Of a stretch of DNA of 64,000 nucleotides, positions 45,949-55,898 are shown in pieces; position 1 is the stretch's first letter; the number at the start of each line of letters is the position of its first letter. This DNA comes from an uncultured Gammaproteobacteria bacterium. Its GTDB lineage: Bacteria; Patescibacteriota; Microgenomatia; JAMCZE01. The translations under genes and the position numbers were made by a program. The stretch lies in contig CAZNUP010000001.1 of the NCBI GenBank assembly GCA_964576435.1, positions 34,345 to 98,344 on the forward strand. Reading direction: 5' to 3'. The notes under the pieces were generated by a model. The model searched no databases and had not been told where the DNA came from. It saw only the letters and a program-made list of their open reading frames with translations.

Positions 45949-47121
45949 ATGCGTTTTCCACTAAAACATGTTGTTTTGGGACTTTTTTTTGGTATTCTAC
46001 TTGCTGCTTTTTTCTTTTTTTTAACCAAACCTGAAATCCCTCCGATTCCAACAAGAGCAGAAGAACCCACGCCCTCTCCCACTCCAGTTAGATCTCCAAA
46101 ACAAGTTATTGGTTTCTATCCCTATTGGAATCTCAGCAAAGTAAATGAGGTAGATCTTTCCAATCTTACAACCATTTACTACTTCGCACTTGACCTCAAT
46201 TCAGATGGTTCTTGGAATAAGGCAGATCCAGGCTGGAGCAAAATGGGATCAAATAATTACATCTTGTTAAGAGATCTAGCCAGAAAAAATGGTGTCCGCT
46301 GGGGAGTAACTATCGTTAACTTATCCGCCGACTCCATCGCCAGAAACATTAATAATCCAATTCGTCAACAAACTATCATTGATAACACAGTTACCCTAAT
46401 GAAAGACCAAGGCTTCCAAGATCTAAACATTGACCTTGAATATGTTGGAGGGGACGACGAAGGATTAAAACAAAGTTTTACGATGTTCACCCAAAAGCTA
46501 ACAAATACTGTTCACCAAGAGATTCCAGGAAGCACGGTCTCAATTGACTTTATTTCAGGCCACTACAAAAAGCCCCGCATTTATGATTTCCCAAAACTAG
46601 GAGAAATTGTCGATCAAGTTATTATCATGGGCTACGACTTCCATAGGATAAATTCAACTAAAGCCGGCCCGGTTGCTCCCATGTTTGGTAAGACTGAAGA
46701 CGAAATTGATATTTCCAAAACTGTAGACGGCTATCTCAAAGTTATTCCCAAAGAAAAACTAATTCTTGGAGTTCCTTTCTATGGCTACGAGTGGCCAACT
46801 GAAACAAATGAAAAAGATGCTTTCACTATCTACTCTCCAAGAGGTCCGGAAATTTCTTCATACAATAGAAGCATTAAAACAGCAAAAGAGCATAATGTTT
46901 CTATAAACTTCGACGATGTTTCGAAAAGTGTCTGGTTCCCATATTTTGATAACGATTACCAAACCTGGCGACAAGTTTGGTTTGAAAATGAGAGGAGCCT
47001 GGGAGTCAAATTTGATTTAGTAAATGCACTAAATCTGGAGGGTATCGCCATTTTTGCTCTAGGATATGACGGCGCTAACGCCAAACCACTCTGGGATGAA
47101 GTTAAATTAAAGTTGAAATAA
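45949..47121 (+). CDS. Glycoside hydrolase family 18-like protein (chitinase/YaaH-like)
   Basis: DxxDxDxE-type catalytic motif (DLNIDLEY). N-terminal TM segment. Confidence 0.65.
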   Translation: MRFPLKHVVLGLFFGILLAAFFFFLTKPEIPPIPTRAEEPTPSPTPVRSPKQVIGFYPYWNLSKVNEVDLSNLTTIYYFALDLNSDGSWNKADPGWSKMGSNNYILLRDLARKNGVRWGVTIVNLSADSIARNINNPIRQQTIIDNTVTLMKDQGFQDLNIDLEYVGGDDEGLKQSFTMFTQKLTNTVHQEIPGSTVSIDFISGHYKKPRIYDFPKLGEIVDQVIIMGYDFHRINSTKAGPVAPMFGKTEDEIDISKTVDGYLKVIPKEKLILGVPFYGYEWPTETNEKDAFTIYSPRGPEISSYNRSIKTAKEHNVSINFDDVSKSVWFPYFDNDYQTWRQVWFENERSLGVKFDLVNALNLEGIAIFALGYDGANAKPLWDEVKLKLK

Positions 47122-47211
47122 CAACCCAAACTTCCTTATTGCTAACCAACCATTTTGACAAATATAATGCGTTTAAGTCTTGGGAAGCATTGCCTCTAAG
47201 GTCATGTAGCA

Positions 47212-49632
47212 ATGCCTAAAAAGAAACATGCAAAAAATCCACTACTAGCAACTTTTTCCCTCCTCGGGCAAATCTTAATTGTCATAGGGACTCCTGTTCT
47301 TGTAGCTTTAAAGCTACTTTTCTACTTTTCAGAGTCAATTGGAAATAAAGTATTAAGTTTTGGAGAAAAACCTGTTAAAAAAGTCCGTTCTCAAAAAAAA
47401 TCTCTACCAAAAGTTGAAAAACCAGATTTCCCCAATTGGTTCCTCGACCAAAAAACTAAAGCTTTTATAACTTTTAAAGCTCTTCAAGTAAAAATTCACG
47501 AAAGAAACAAAATTGCTCTTTTTTCCTTAAAAAGCACTCCCAAAAAGAAACACAGGCTTTCTTTTACCGAAAAACAAAAGCGGTCACTTCCAACTTTTAT
47601 TCTGCCAACCATTACTTTCCCCAAAATTGTCATCCCAAAAGTTGTTTTTCTGAAGTTTCCAAAAACTCCAAGACTAGTAGGTGCCACAATTGCCGGCGTT
47701 TCCGCAACAATAGTAGTCTTTACCGTCGTCTATTTTGCAGTCTTTGTCATAAATGGGCTCCCCAACCCAAAACTTCTTGCCCAAAAGCCTCTTCCCTTAA
47801 CTACTAAGATTTACGACCGAAACGATATTTTGCTTTACCAGTTCTATGGCAATGAAAATAGAAGTTTAGTGGATCTTGCAGAGCTTCCTCCCTACGTCCC
47901 CCAAGCAATCATTGCCGCAGAAGATAAAAATTTTTACTACCACATTGGTTTCGATCCAAGTGGCATAACAAGAGCCGCTCTTGCCAACTACAGTGGTGAA
48001 AGCGCCCAAGGCGGCTCGACTATAACTCAACAATTAGTAAAGTTTTCTCTTCTCTCTTCTGAAAGAACAATTACCAGAAAACTTCGCGAGTTAGTTCTCT
48101 CAATGTGGACAGAACGAACTTATACCAAAGATCAAATTTTAACCATGTATATAAACTATATTGGTTTTGGCGGTCCTGCTTATGGAATTGAAGCTGCCTC
48201 GGAAATCTATTTTGGCAAACCCGCCAAAAATTTAACTTTGTCTGAAGCCGCCCTCTTAGCATCTCTCCCCTCTTCTCCAACCACATATTCTCCTTTTGGA
48301 GAACATCCAGAAATTGCCAAATATCGCCAAATGCAAGTTCTCGACAAAATGTATGAACAAGGCTACATTACTAAATCCCAAGCTGAAAAAGCCAAATTTG
48401 ATCAACTCACTTTTGTTCCTAACGAGACAGAAATAAAAGCTCCCCACTTTGTCATGTATGTTAAAGACGAATTAATTAAGCGTTTTGGCGAGAAGCAAGT
48501 TTTAGAAGGGGGTCTAAGAGTAAAAACAACTTTGGACTATCCTCTCTATAAGAAAGTTACTGATGAACTGAAAGCTGGAGTTGAAAAGCAACAATATCTA
48601 AATGTTCAGAATGGTGCAGTTCTCGTAACTAATCCAAAAACTGGTGAAATACTATCCATGTCCGGGTCCACCGACTTTTTTAACCTTTCAAAAGATGGCA
48701 ATGTCAATGTCACCGTTGCAGAAAGAAGTCCCGGTTCTTCAATTAAGCCTCTAACTTACGCTTTAGGGTTTGAAATGGGAACAATGACCCCAAATACAAT
48801 TTTTGAAGATAAGCCTTCTGAATTTCGTCAGGTCGGCGGCCCTCCATATAGACCTATAAACTATGATAACCGTTTCCATGGTCGAGTAACAGCAAGAACC
48901 GCTCTTGGGTCATCCTATAACATTCCAGCAGTTAAAGTTCTTGAAAAAGTAGGCTTAATTAATTTCCTTCAGTTTGCTCAAAACGCCGGATTAAGCACTT
49001 TAAACGATCCAAATCGCTATGGATTAGCAATTACCTTAGGTGGCGGTGAAGTAAAAATGGTTGACATGGCCAAAGCATATAGTATGTTCCCAAACCAAGG
49101 AACAACCACTCCCTTAACTTCAATCTTAGAAGTTAAAAGCCAAGGCGGGGATTTAATTCCCGATTTAATTAAAGAAGAGCCAAAACACTTAATCTCAGGA
49201 AAAACCGCCTTCTATATAAATTCCATTTTAAGTGACGATGACGCAAGGGCCCCCACTTTCGGAAGAGGAAGTATTCTTAATATTCCAGGTCATACAGTAG
49301 CAGTTAAAACAGGAACGGCCGAAACTAAAAGAGACAACTGGACAATTGGTTACTCATTTGGAGACAACCCGAGATTAGTTGCAGTTTGGGTCGGCAACAA
49401 TGACAATTCCCCAATGAGTCCCGCTCTTGAATCAGGCAATACTGGAGCAGCCACTGTTTGGAACCCTGTTATGAAATTGGTTCTAGAAGGATCGCAAGAT
49501 CGACCGGTTCCAAAACCAAACAACTTAATTCCAGTTCAAATTTGTGGAACCACCGAATATTTTGTCCAAGGAACAGAGCCAAAAGAGCCATGCAATTTAA
49601 AACCACTTCCAAGTCCCACACAACAGCCCTAG
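47212..49632 (+). CDS. Second class A penicillin-binding protein, with a ~180-aa basic N-terminal extension
   Basis: GT51 (EDKNFYYHIGFD, GGSTITQQL) and transpeptidase SPGSSIKP, KTGT. Confidence 0.85.
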   Translation: MPKKKHAKNPLLATFSLLGQILIVIGTPVLVALKLLFYFSESIGNKVLSFGEKPVKKVRSQKKSLPKVEKPDFPNWFLDQKTKAFITFKALQVKIHERNKIALFSLKSTPKKKHRLSFTEKQKRSLPTFILPTITFPKIVIPKVVFLKFPKTPRLVGATIAGVSATIVVFTVVYFAVFVINGLPNPKLLAQKPLPLTTKIYDRNDILLYQFYGNENRSLVDLAELPPYVPQAIIAAEDKNFYYHIGFDPSGITRAALANYSGESAQGGSTITQQLVKFSLLSSERTITRKLRELVLSMWTERTYTKDQILTMYINYIGFGGPAYGIEAASEIYFGKPAKNLTLSEAALLASLPSSPTTYSPFGEHPEIAKYRQMQVLDKMYEQGYITKSQAEKAKFDQLTFVPNETEIKAPHFVMYVKDELIKRFGEKQVLEGGLRVKTTLDYPLYKKVTDELKAGVEKQQYLNVQNGAVLVTNPKTGEILSMSGSTDFFNLSKDGNVNVTVAERSPGSSIKPLTYALGFEMGTMTPNTIFEDKPSEFRQVGGPPYRPINYDNRFHGRVTARTALGSSYNIPAVKVLEKVGLINFLQFAQNAGLSTLNDPNRYGLAITLGGGEVKMVDMAKAYSMFPNQGTTTPLTSILEVKSQGGDLIPDLIKEEPKHLISGKTAFYINSILSDDDARAPTFGRGSILNIPGHTVAVKTGTAETKRDNWTIGYSFGDNPRLVAVWVGNNDNSPMSPALESGNTGAATVWNPVMKLVLEGSQDRPVPKPNNLIPVQICGTTEYFVQGTEPKEPCNLKPLPSPTQQP

Positions 49633-49652
49633 AAAGGGCATATAATTAAATT

Positions 49653-50222
49653 ATGCATAAGTACTCAACTGACGAACTAGTAGCTCAAAAATTGACCGAA
49701 GAAGAATTTAAAAAACTCAAAAGAAATCCTGTCGTTTTTATTCTCCACAACATTCGCTCTCTGGAAAATGTTGGCCTCTTCTTTAGATTGGCTGACGCTC
49801 TTTTAATTGAAAAAGTTTATCTCACAGGTTACACCGGTTTTCCTCGTCTTGAAAATGACACAAGAGAGGAACGAATCATTTCTCACGCCGAAAAAGAAAT
49901 TCAAAAAACCGCCATCAAACTCGTTCCCGTTGTCCCCTGGGAACAGAATAAAAATATTGACGATATTCTGTCAAGCCTAAAAGAAAATAACTACCAAATT
50001 ATCGGCGTTGAACAAACCGACGAGAGCATTGATTACAGAAAAGCAGATTACAAAAAACCAATTGCACTTCTTTTTGGACACGAAAGGACTGGAGTCGAAG
50101 ATGAACTTCTGGAAAAATGCGATTTTATTGTCCATATTCCCATGCTAGGAATTGGTAACAGCCACAACGTAGCAACAAGTGGTGCTATCATTGCCTCACA
50201 CATCATAAATGTGATAGATTGA
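49653..50222 (+). CDS. SpoU/TrmH-family (SPOUT) RNA 2'-O-methyltransferase
   Basis: ENVGLFFR, LLFGHERTGV, and IPMLGIGNSHNVATSGAI motifs. Confidence 0.8.
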   Translation: MHKYSTDELVAQKLTEEEFKKLKRNPVVFILHNIRSLENVGLFFRLADALLIEKVYLTGYTGFPRLENDTREERIISHAEKEIQKTAIKLVPVVPWEQNKNIDDILSSLKENNYQIIGVEQTDESIDYRKADYKKPIALLFGHERTGVEDELLEKCDFIVHIPMLGIGNSHNVATSGAIIASHIINVID

Positions 50223-50716
50223 CAGCTCTTATGCATAAACACTATATTCCCCTATTTCTTATATTAGGCTTGTTTGTAGTAGCAATTGGCTTCTTTGCTA
50301 TCTATAGAAACCTTAAAAATGGAACCGAAACTCACACCATAAGCTTGGCCTCAGCAACTCCTAATCCAACCACCAATCCGACGCCTGTTTTAGGAATAGT
50401 TACTGCTTCTCCAACAGCTACTCCCAAAATTGACCTGGCCATTGACTCCCCTTTAGCATTGTCTAGTGTTAGTTCGTCTCTTTTAACGGTTGCCGGAAAA
50501 TCTGCTACAGGTGCTGCTGTTTTGGTTAATGAAAAAGAAGTAACTGTAAATGCTGACGGCAGTTTCCGTTCTTCTCTAAGATTAGTCCCTGGTCCCAATC
50601 TCGTAGTAATTCAAGCGAGCAGTTCCGCTGGTTCTTCAATTTGGCAAACAGTTGTGACTTACACTAAAAAAGAACCAGTAGTAACCGATGCACCACAACA
50701 AGAAACCACTCCTTAA
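50219..50716 (+). CDS. Membrane-anchored Thr/Ser/Ala-rich extracellular protein
   Basis: TM segment at the N-terminus and a low-complexity TP-rich region. Confidence 0.35.
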   Translation: MTALMHKHYIPLFLILGLFVVAIGFFAIYRNLKNGTETHTISLASATPNPTTNPTPVLGIVTASPTATPKIDLAIDSPLALSSVSSSLLTVAGKSATGAAVLVNEKEVTVNADGSFRSSLRLVPGPNLVVIQASSSAGSSIWQTVVTYTKKEPVVTDAPQQETTP

Positions 50717-51302
50717 AGTTGTTCTCTTAGGAATCGACATCTGCCTTGTTGTTCTAATTCTTTTCGTGGCCAAAAACCTCATTGTTGTTAATTCAGAAGC
50801 AAAGACTTCTCCTATTTCAGAAGACCAATCAGATCCAATCGCCGAGGTTTCACTACTTCCAAAACTAGAAACCATAACCAAAACGTTAATCCAACCTCAA
50901 AAATCAAAACAAGAAATTAAAGTTTCCCCGAAAGTCGCCACTCTTTTATCTTTAATTAACGAAAGTCGCATCCAAGAAAATTTGGGCCCACTAGCTTACA
51001 ACCAGAATCTATCTAACCTTGCAAACTCCTATTCTGAAGACATGTCTAAAAAGAACTTCTTTTCCCACACAAGTCCTGACGGAAAAACCCCTTCAAGTAG
51101 ATTAGAGTTAGCCAACATCAATTTTGAAACAGCGGGAGAAAACATTGCCTATGCTCCAACAATTCAAAGTGCCCATATAAATTTAATGAACTCTAAAGAA
51201 CATAGAGACAACATCTTAAATCCTGACTTTACAAAGGTAGGTCTTGGAATTTTTGAAGAAAGCACTTCGAAGATTTTTATAACTGAAATATTTACCAACT
51301 AG
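50688..51302 (+). CDS. CAP/SCP/PR1-like domain protein (YkwD-like)
   Basis: C-terminal CAP domain motifs (FSHTSPDG...GENIAYA...HRDNILNPDFTKVGLG). Confidence 0.7.
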   Translation: MHHNKKPLLKVVLLGIDICLVVLILFVAKNLIVVNSEAKTSPISEDQSDPIAEVSLLPKLETITKTLIQPQKSKQEIKVSPKVATLLSLINESRIQENLGPLAYNQNLSNLANSYSEDMSKKNFFSHTSPDGKTPSSRLELANINFETAGENIAYAPTIQSAHINLMNSKEHRDNILNPDFTKVGLGIFEESTSKIFITEIFTN

Positions 51303-51511
51303 GCAATAACAACTGCCATCAGAAAAAGCCCCCCGACAACTATTATCTGAATAATTGCCAGAAGTTTTACAAAAGGCGACACTTCAGAATCTAAAATCTT
51401 CGTCATCAAAGTTATCTGTCTATAAACAACCAAGGTAAAGATAAAATAGAAAACTAAAAGTGTTAAGATGAAGAGTTTTAAGATTCCTGTAAATGGTAAT
51501 TCTAAAGGCAT
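51299..51511 (-). CDS. Small membrane protein (70 aa)
   Basis: Two TM segments. Confidence 0.3.
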   Translation of the reverse strand: MPLELPFTGILKLFILTLLVFYFIFTLVVYRQITLMTKILDSEVSPFVKLLAIIQIIVVGGLFLMAVVIA

Positions 51512-51525
51512 AATATTTTTAAAAA

Positions 51526-52332
51526 CTATCTAATTCCTCCCCCAACAGAGTCCACTGCAATTTTTCCCGCTCCTTGAACTTCCATAAGTTCCTGAATTTC
51601 TTCTGCTACTTCCTGTGGGTGTGGCACATTTGTAAACTCAAAATTTTCCTCAGTTCCCGCTGTTTGAATAACCACATCTCCATAATCAAATATTCCAGCC
51701 AACACCCCCCCTTGTTTAGAGGTTACATCCTGGATTTTATTTAAGTGAGTCGCGGATACTGCCTTATATACAACATTGTACCAATCTATATCCACTACCT
51801 GCTCTGTAGTAACAATGTAAACATTGAAATACCAATACAAAAACTTCAAAAATGCATAGGAAAATACACCAGCAACCCAAAGTAGTGTTAAAACTAATAC
51901 TGTTCCAGGTCCAACCGGTAAAAGACCGGTAGCCACTACAATTGGAATAATTATAAATGGCACAAGAAGTAGGAGGAACGAAATTATAATCCAAGGAACA
52001 TTAGTTACTACATGAGCGCGAAGCAGTAAGACAACTTGCTCTTCATCTTTTTGGTTTTGAAACGACACCTTTGGTGGGCAAACTAAAAATGCTGAAAATG
52101 GAGTTTTCCCCGCTTTCGCTCTGACTTTATCCAAGATAAGTGCCTTTCCAATTTTCTCTTTTCCAACTAAATTATTTTCAGCCCCATCCACCTTACTACT
52201 AACTTCCGAAGCTACCTCTGAAGGAGTCTCCACTTGAGGAGTTTTTACCTCCGGTTTGGTTACTATTGGTGGTTCGGAATTTGGAACGTTTGGGTCAGGT
52301 TCCACATTATCAACCGCTACTCTATTTGCCAT
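51526..52332 (-). CDS. Membrane protein with a bacterial PH (bPH_2/YdbT-like) domain
   Basis: Central TM hairpin followed by ...IQDVTSKQGGVLAGIFDYGDVVIQTAG..., a bPH pattern. Confidence 0.45.
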   Translation of the reverse strand: MANRVAVDNVEPDPNVPNSEPPIVTKPEVKTPQVETPSEVASEVSSKVDGAENNLVGKEKIGKALILDKVRAKAGKTPFSAFLVCPPKVSFQNQKDEEQVVLLLRAHVVTNVPWIIISFLLLLVPFIIIPIVVATGLLPVGPGTVLVLTLLWVAGVFSYAFLKFLYWYFNVYIVTTEQVVDIDWYNVVYKAVSATHLNKIQDVTSKQGGVLAGIFDYGDVVIQTAGTEENFEFTNVPHPQEVAEEIQELMEVQGAGKIAVDSVGGGIR

Positions 52333-52346
52333 ACTCTGATTTTACC

Positions 52347-54077
52347 TCACTTTTTCTCAATATTAAATAGTGCCGAAGGGAGATAGATCTCTCCAGGAGC
52401 CCGAATGTTAAAAATCTCTCTAAATTTCTCCCCAGGAATATTCTTTGTTCCTTTATCAGTCCCCACACTAACACTCCCGGTTACCCCAGATGTAGCATAA
52501 GAGACAGAAACTGAACTAACGCTTCCAATTGCATCCCCTCCAAGTCTATTTCTAACCTCGTCTTTGCTCCAGGTATCGCCATTAGATTTATCAGTTTGCG
52601 ATAAATGCGATAACGCTCCTCCATCTTTCATATAAAGAAGAACAGAATTAACTATATCCGTAAATTCTTCCTGATTAAGCCATGGATGTGGTCTAGACGC
52701 TGATCCCCCGCGCGGTTTATACCAAGCTTTATAAAACCATGGTGATCCCCCAATTTTTTCGTAAGCATCAGCTGTCCAACATGACTGGTTTCCACATTTT
52801 GTATCCCACCCACCAGGGCTATTGTAACCTTGTGATGAATACCCATAATTAAATCCTCCCGAGGAAGCAGCGTAATAGGCTGAAAATGGTTGTCCATTCG
52901 CAACCAGCACCCACCCCTTAGTATCGTTTACTGCTCTTTCCCAGTTTCCCCCTTTTGGTTCCGGTTTAAAAACCTGGCATGCCTCGGTTGCACAAATTGA
53001 CGAAGATCCATTATTGGTTCTAGCCAGTGCATAAGACCTAGCAGCGACCGCTTGTGCTTTAAGTGCTTCTTGTCCTCCCTCATCCCCCCAAGATCCAGGC
53101 ATCTCATAAATTCTCTTTGTATAGTCCTCAATGTTAAAACTCCCATATCCATCAACATTAATGTTTATTCCAGAGTCATAATCAGTTTTAATTTCAATTC
53201 CGCTGCCGTAATATCCCTTCAATATGTCCTGTGCACTTTGTCCACTCTTTGCTCTCCCAAGTGCCCCATATTGACTCATCCCCTTTCGGTGTGGTGCTCC
53301 AAAGGAAAACCCTGCAAAAGCCGGAGAAAATCCTGGATTGTAATTTGGTCTAGATGCGGGGTCATCAGCTGGAGGCACATCCCCCACACTGGTTGTAAAG
53401 TTTCCGGTTTTTTCAGCAAGAAGTTGTTGCTGTCTTGCTGATAAAGTTCCCACTGTCTGAGAAAGTTGTGATTGATAAGTCTTAGCTTCCGCAACTAACT
53501 TCCTAATAGGAGCAAGCGTTACTTCCAAACTTTGTTTCTTGTCAGCTAGCCACTTTTGAGTATCTTCAAGCTTTTTCTTGGCATTATTTAGATCAGTAAT
53601 ATCAACAACCAACCCAACGATCCTATTTTTCTCCTGATCAATAAGGTTTTGTCTGTAAGCAATTGTCCTCATTGACTCCCCAACACTATCCCCCGAGAAA
53701 AGTGTCACCAGTGCATATTCAAATGGGCTTTGATAGTCCTTCTTATAATATTGTCTAACCTGTCCCTCAAGAAGGGTCTGCCTCTCAGATAATTTCTCTT
53801 CTCCAACTTGGATTTCTTTTTTCTTCTTATCCAATTCTTTATTTAGTGAGGCAACATTGGCATCAATTGCAGATATATTGTTTTCCAAATCCTTTTCTGC
53901 CTGCTCATGGGGTTTAGTTGCATCAGTCGACATCTTAATAAGTTTTTGACACTCATCAATTTTCTTCTGGCATTCATCAATCCCTTCGCAAGAACTAGAG
54001 CACTCTTCTGCAAAAACAAATCTGGAAGCAAAAAAGATAAGAAGGAGAAAAATACTGGCAGTTTTCAAAAATTTCAT
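52347..54077 (-). CDS. SpoIID/LytB-domain protein with an N-terminal Cys cluster and coiled coil
   Basis: HRKGMSQYGA and the downstream SpoIID/LytB region. It has a signal peptide. 576 aa. Confidence 0.65.
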   Translation of the reverse strand: MKFLKTASIFLLLIFFASRFVFAEECSSSCEGIDECQKKIDECQKLIKMSTDATKPHEQAEKDLENNISAIDANVASLNKELDKKKKEIQVGEEKLSERQTLLEGQVRQYYKKDYQSPFEYALVTLFSGDSVGESMRTIAYRQNLIDQEKNRIVGLVVDITDLNNAKKKLEDTQKWLADKKQSLEVTLAPIRKLVAEAKTYQSQLSQTVGTLSARQQQLLAEKTGNFTTSVGDVPPADDPASRPNYNPGFSPAFAGFSFGAPHRKGMSQYGALGRAKSGQSAQDILKGYYGSGIEIKTDYDSGININVDGYGSFNIEDYTKRIYEMPGSWGDEGGQEALKAQAVAARSYALARTNNGSSSICATEACQVFKPEPKGGNWERAVNDTKGWVLVANGQPFSAYYAASSGGFNYGYSSQGYNSPGGWDTKCGNQSCWTADAYEKIGGSPWFYKAWYKPRGGSASRPHPWLNQEEFTDIVNSVLLYMKDGGALSHLSQTDKSNGDTWSKDEVRNRLGGDAIGSVSSVSVSYATSGVTGSVSVGTDKGTKNIPGEKFREIFNIRAPGEIYLPSALFNIEKK

Positions 54078-54085
54078 TCGCCTAA

Positions 54086-54889
54086 TTATACTCGATGCTT
54101 CAAAGCCTTTTCGAATTTAGAGACATAGTATTTAGACCCATCTCTGGGGTGAAAAAACGCAAACCTCAAACCCACTTTCTCATTTGTCATTTTTGGCCTC
54201 ATATAAAGGTACTGACCCAAAAAAGCTAAAATCTCTAAAACTGAGTTAGCATTTTTGGAAGGCTCCTCTAATTTACTATTATTATCCATATAAGCGCTCG
54301 GTAAAATCTCCTTTGTCCATTTATTAGAGGATATCCATTTCTTTAAAATCCCTCCCCTATCAAATACACATTTTGCTTGCAATATTTCATGTGCAGTATA
54401 AATGTTTCTTTCTAATATTTCCAAGTGATTACTATCGAGAAATATGTTTGTACAAATCCTGTCTTTAATATTGTCTCCCCTCCGTTCTAGATTAAATTTT
54501 CTAAGTAGTCTGATTAATTTAAATCTAGTCCTCCACACACTATCGGGTTTAGTAACAATCATTAAATCAATATCAGACGAAGGTGTAGCATTTAAAATTG
54601 CCACAGAGCCGGTCACAAATACAGCGCAAATTGTGTCTATTTCTTTAATTAAAGGAAGTATTTCAAAAACTTTATCTAGCTTCTCCTCACTTAAAACTTT
54701 TCTCTCTTTTCTAAGCTTCAAGTATTTTTCTTTTCCTGGTAAAAAGAGCATCCCACTTTTGGATCCGACCTGCTTTTTGGGTGACTTTGTAAATCCAATT
54801 GCCCACCGTTGTGCTTCCGCAAATGAAAGCGGAAAATCGAACATGTCTGCGTATACAAGTGCTTGAAATTGGTTATAATCGACCCGCAT
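54086..54889 (-). CDS. Nucleotidyltransferase-fold (Pol-beta superfamily) protein
   Basis: GS...SDIDLMIV, the minimal NTase motif. Confidence 0.5.
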   Translation of the reverse strand: MRVDYNQFQALVYADMFDFPLSFAEAQRWAIGFTKSPKKQVGSKSGMLFLPGKEKYLKLRKERKVLSEEKLDKVFEILPLIKEIDTICAVFVTGSVAILNATPSSDIDLMIVTKPDSVWRTRFKLIRLLRKFNLERRGDNIKDRICTNIFLDSNHLEILERNIYTAHEILQAKCVFDRGGILKKWISSNKWTKEILPSAYMDNNSKLEEPSKNANSVLEILAFLGQYLYMRPKMTNEKVGLRFAFFHPRDGSKYYVSKFEKALKHRV

Positions 54890-55898
54890 GCTAAAGTCTC
54901 TTTCTAAATTTCCAGAATATAAAATTCTTGCTTATTTGGGCATTATCGCACTTTCCTGGTATCTCTTTACAGTTGCGAGTGGATTGATTGCTTGGGTAGC
55001 TGACATTTTCCTTTTAATCTTCTTCTCTTGGACTCTAGCCCTAATTATTGAGCCTCTCGTTCTTTACTTAGAAAAAAGGGGCTTATCAAAAACGATTGCC
55101 GCAATCGTTGTCTACTTGGTTATAGCTAGTATCACAATCATTAGTTTGGTAGCTATGGTTCCAACCTTAATTGCCCAACTCCAAAAACTGTCCCTGATTA
55201 TTCCTTCAATGATGCCAAACTACACGATTTCTGATCGTCTAGAAACTTTCATCGCTAATTCATTGGGTAGTTCAGTCCTCATAATTTCCCAAATTGCCGG
55301 AGCAGTAACCGGAGCAATTCTTGTTTTTATACTTTCTTTTTACTTCCTTATAAGTAGAAAACAAGTTTCGAATTTCCTCTTAAATATAATACCTGATCAA
55401 TACGAAGACGATTTCCTTTTTATGGAAAAAACTTTAAATCACACCTTTGCTAGTTTCATAAGAATTCAAGTGGTCCTAGGAATAATCATGGGCTTCGCCA
55501 CATTTTTAACTCTCACTGTTTTAGGCGTAGAATTTGCTTTGACCACGAGTGTTTTTGCCGGCCTCTTAGCTGCAGTCCCAGTAATTGGTTCTTTTTTGTT
55601 TATTCTTCCTGCTGCTCTTGCCGCTTTAACCTATTCACCAGAAAAAGCTATCATCACAGTTATCATCCTCATTATCCTAGCTCAGCTTGTCTATAATTTC
55701 TTAGGCCCAAAGCTTCTAGGAAAAGCTCTACAAATCCACCCAATCGTAGTCATCCTTTCTTTTGTAATTGGTTACAAGATTGCTGGCTTCTGGGGAGCTA
55801 TTTTAAGTGTTCCAGTTGCAAGTTCCATAGCAATTGTAACTAAAGAATTCTTAAAATATTGGCAACAAGAAGCAGACAAACCTACCTTGAAGAAATAA
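54888..55898 (+). CDS. AI-2E family transporter (PerM/UPF0118)
   Basis: 8 TM segments with the AI-2E family topology and conserved C-terminal region. Confidence 0.75.
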   Translation: MLKSLSKFPEYKILAYLGIIALSWYLFTVASGLIAWVADIFLLIFFSWTLALIIEPLVLYLEKRGLSKTIAAIVVYLVIASITIISLVAMVPTLIAQLQKLSLIIPSMMPNYTISDRLETFIANSLGSSVLIISQIAGAVTGAILVFILSFYFLISRKQVSNFLLNIIPDQYEDDFLFMEKTLNHTFASFIRIQVVLGIIMGFATFLTLTVLGVEFALTTSVFAGLLAAVPVIGSFLFILPAALAALTYSPEKAIITVIILIILAQLVYNFLGPKLLGKALQIHPIVVILSFVIGYKIAGFWGAILSVPVASSIAIVTKEFLKYWQQEADKPTLKK

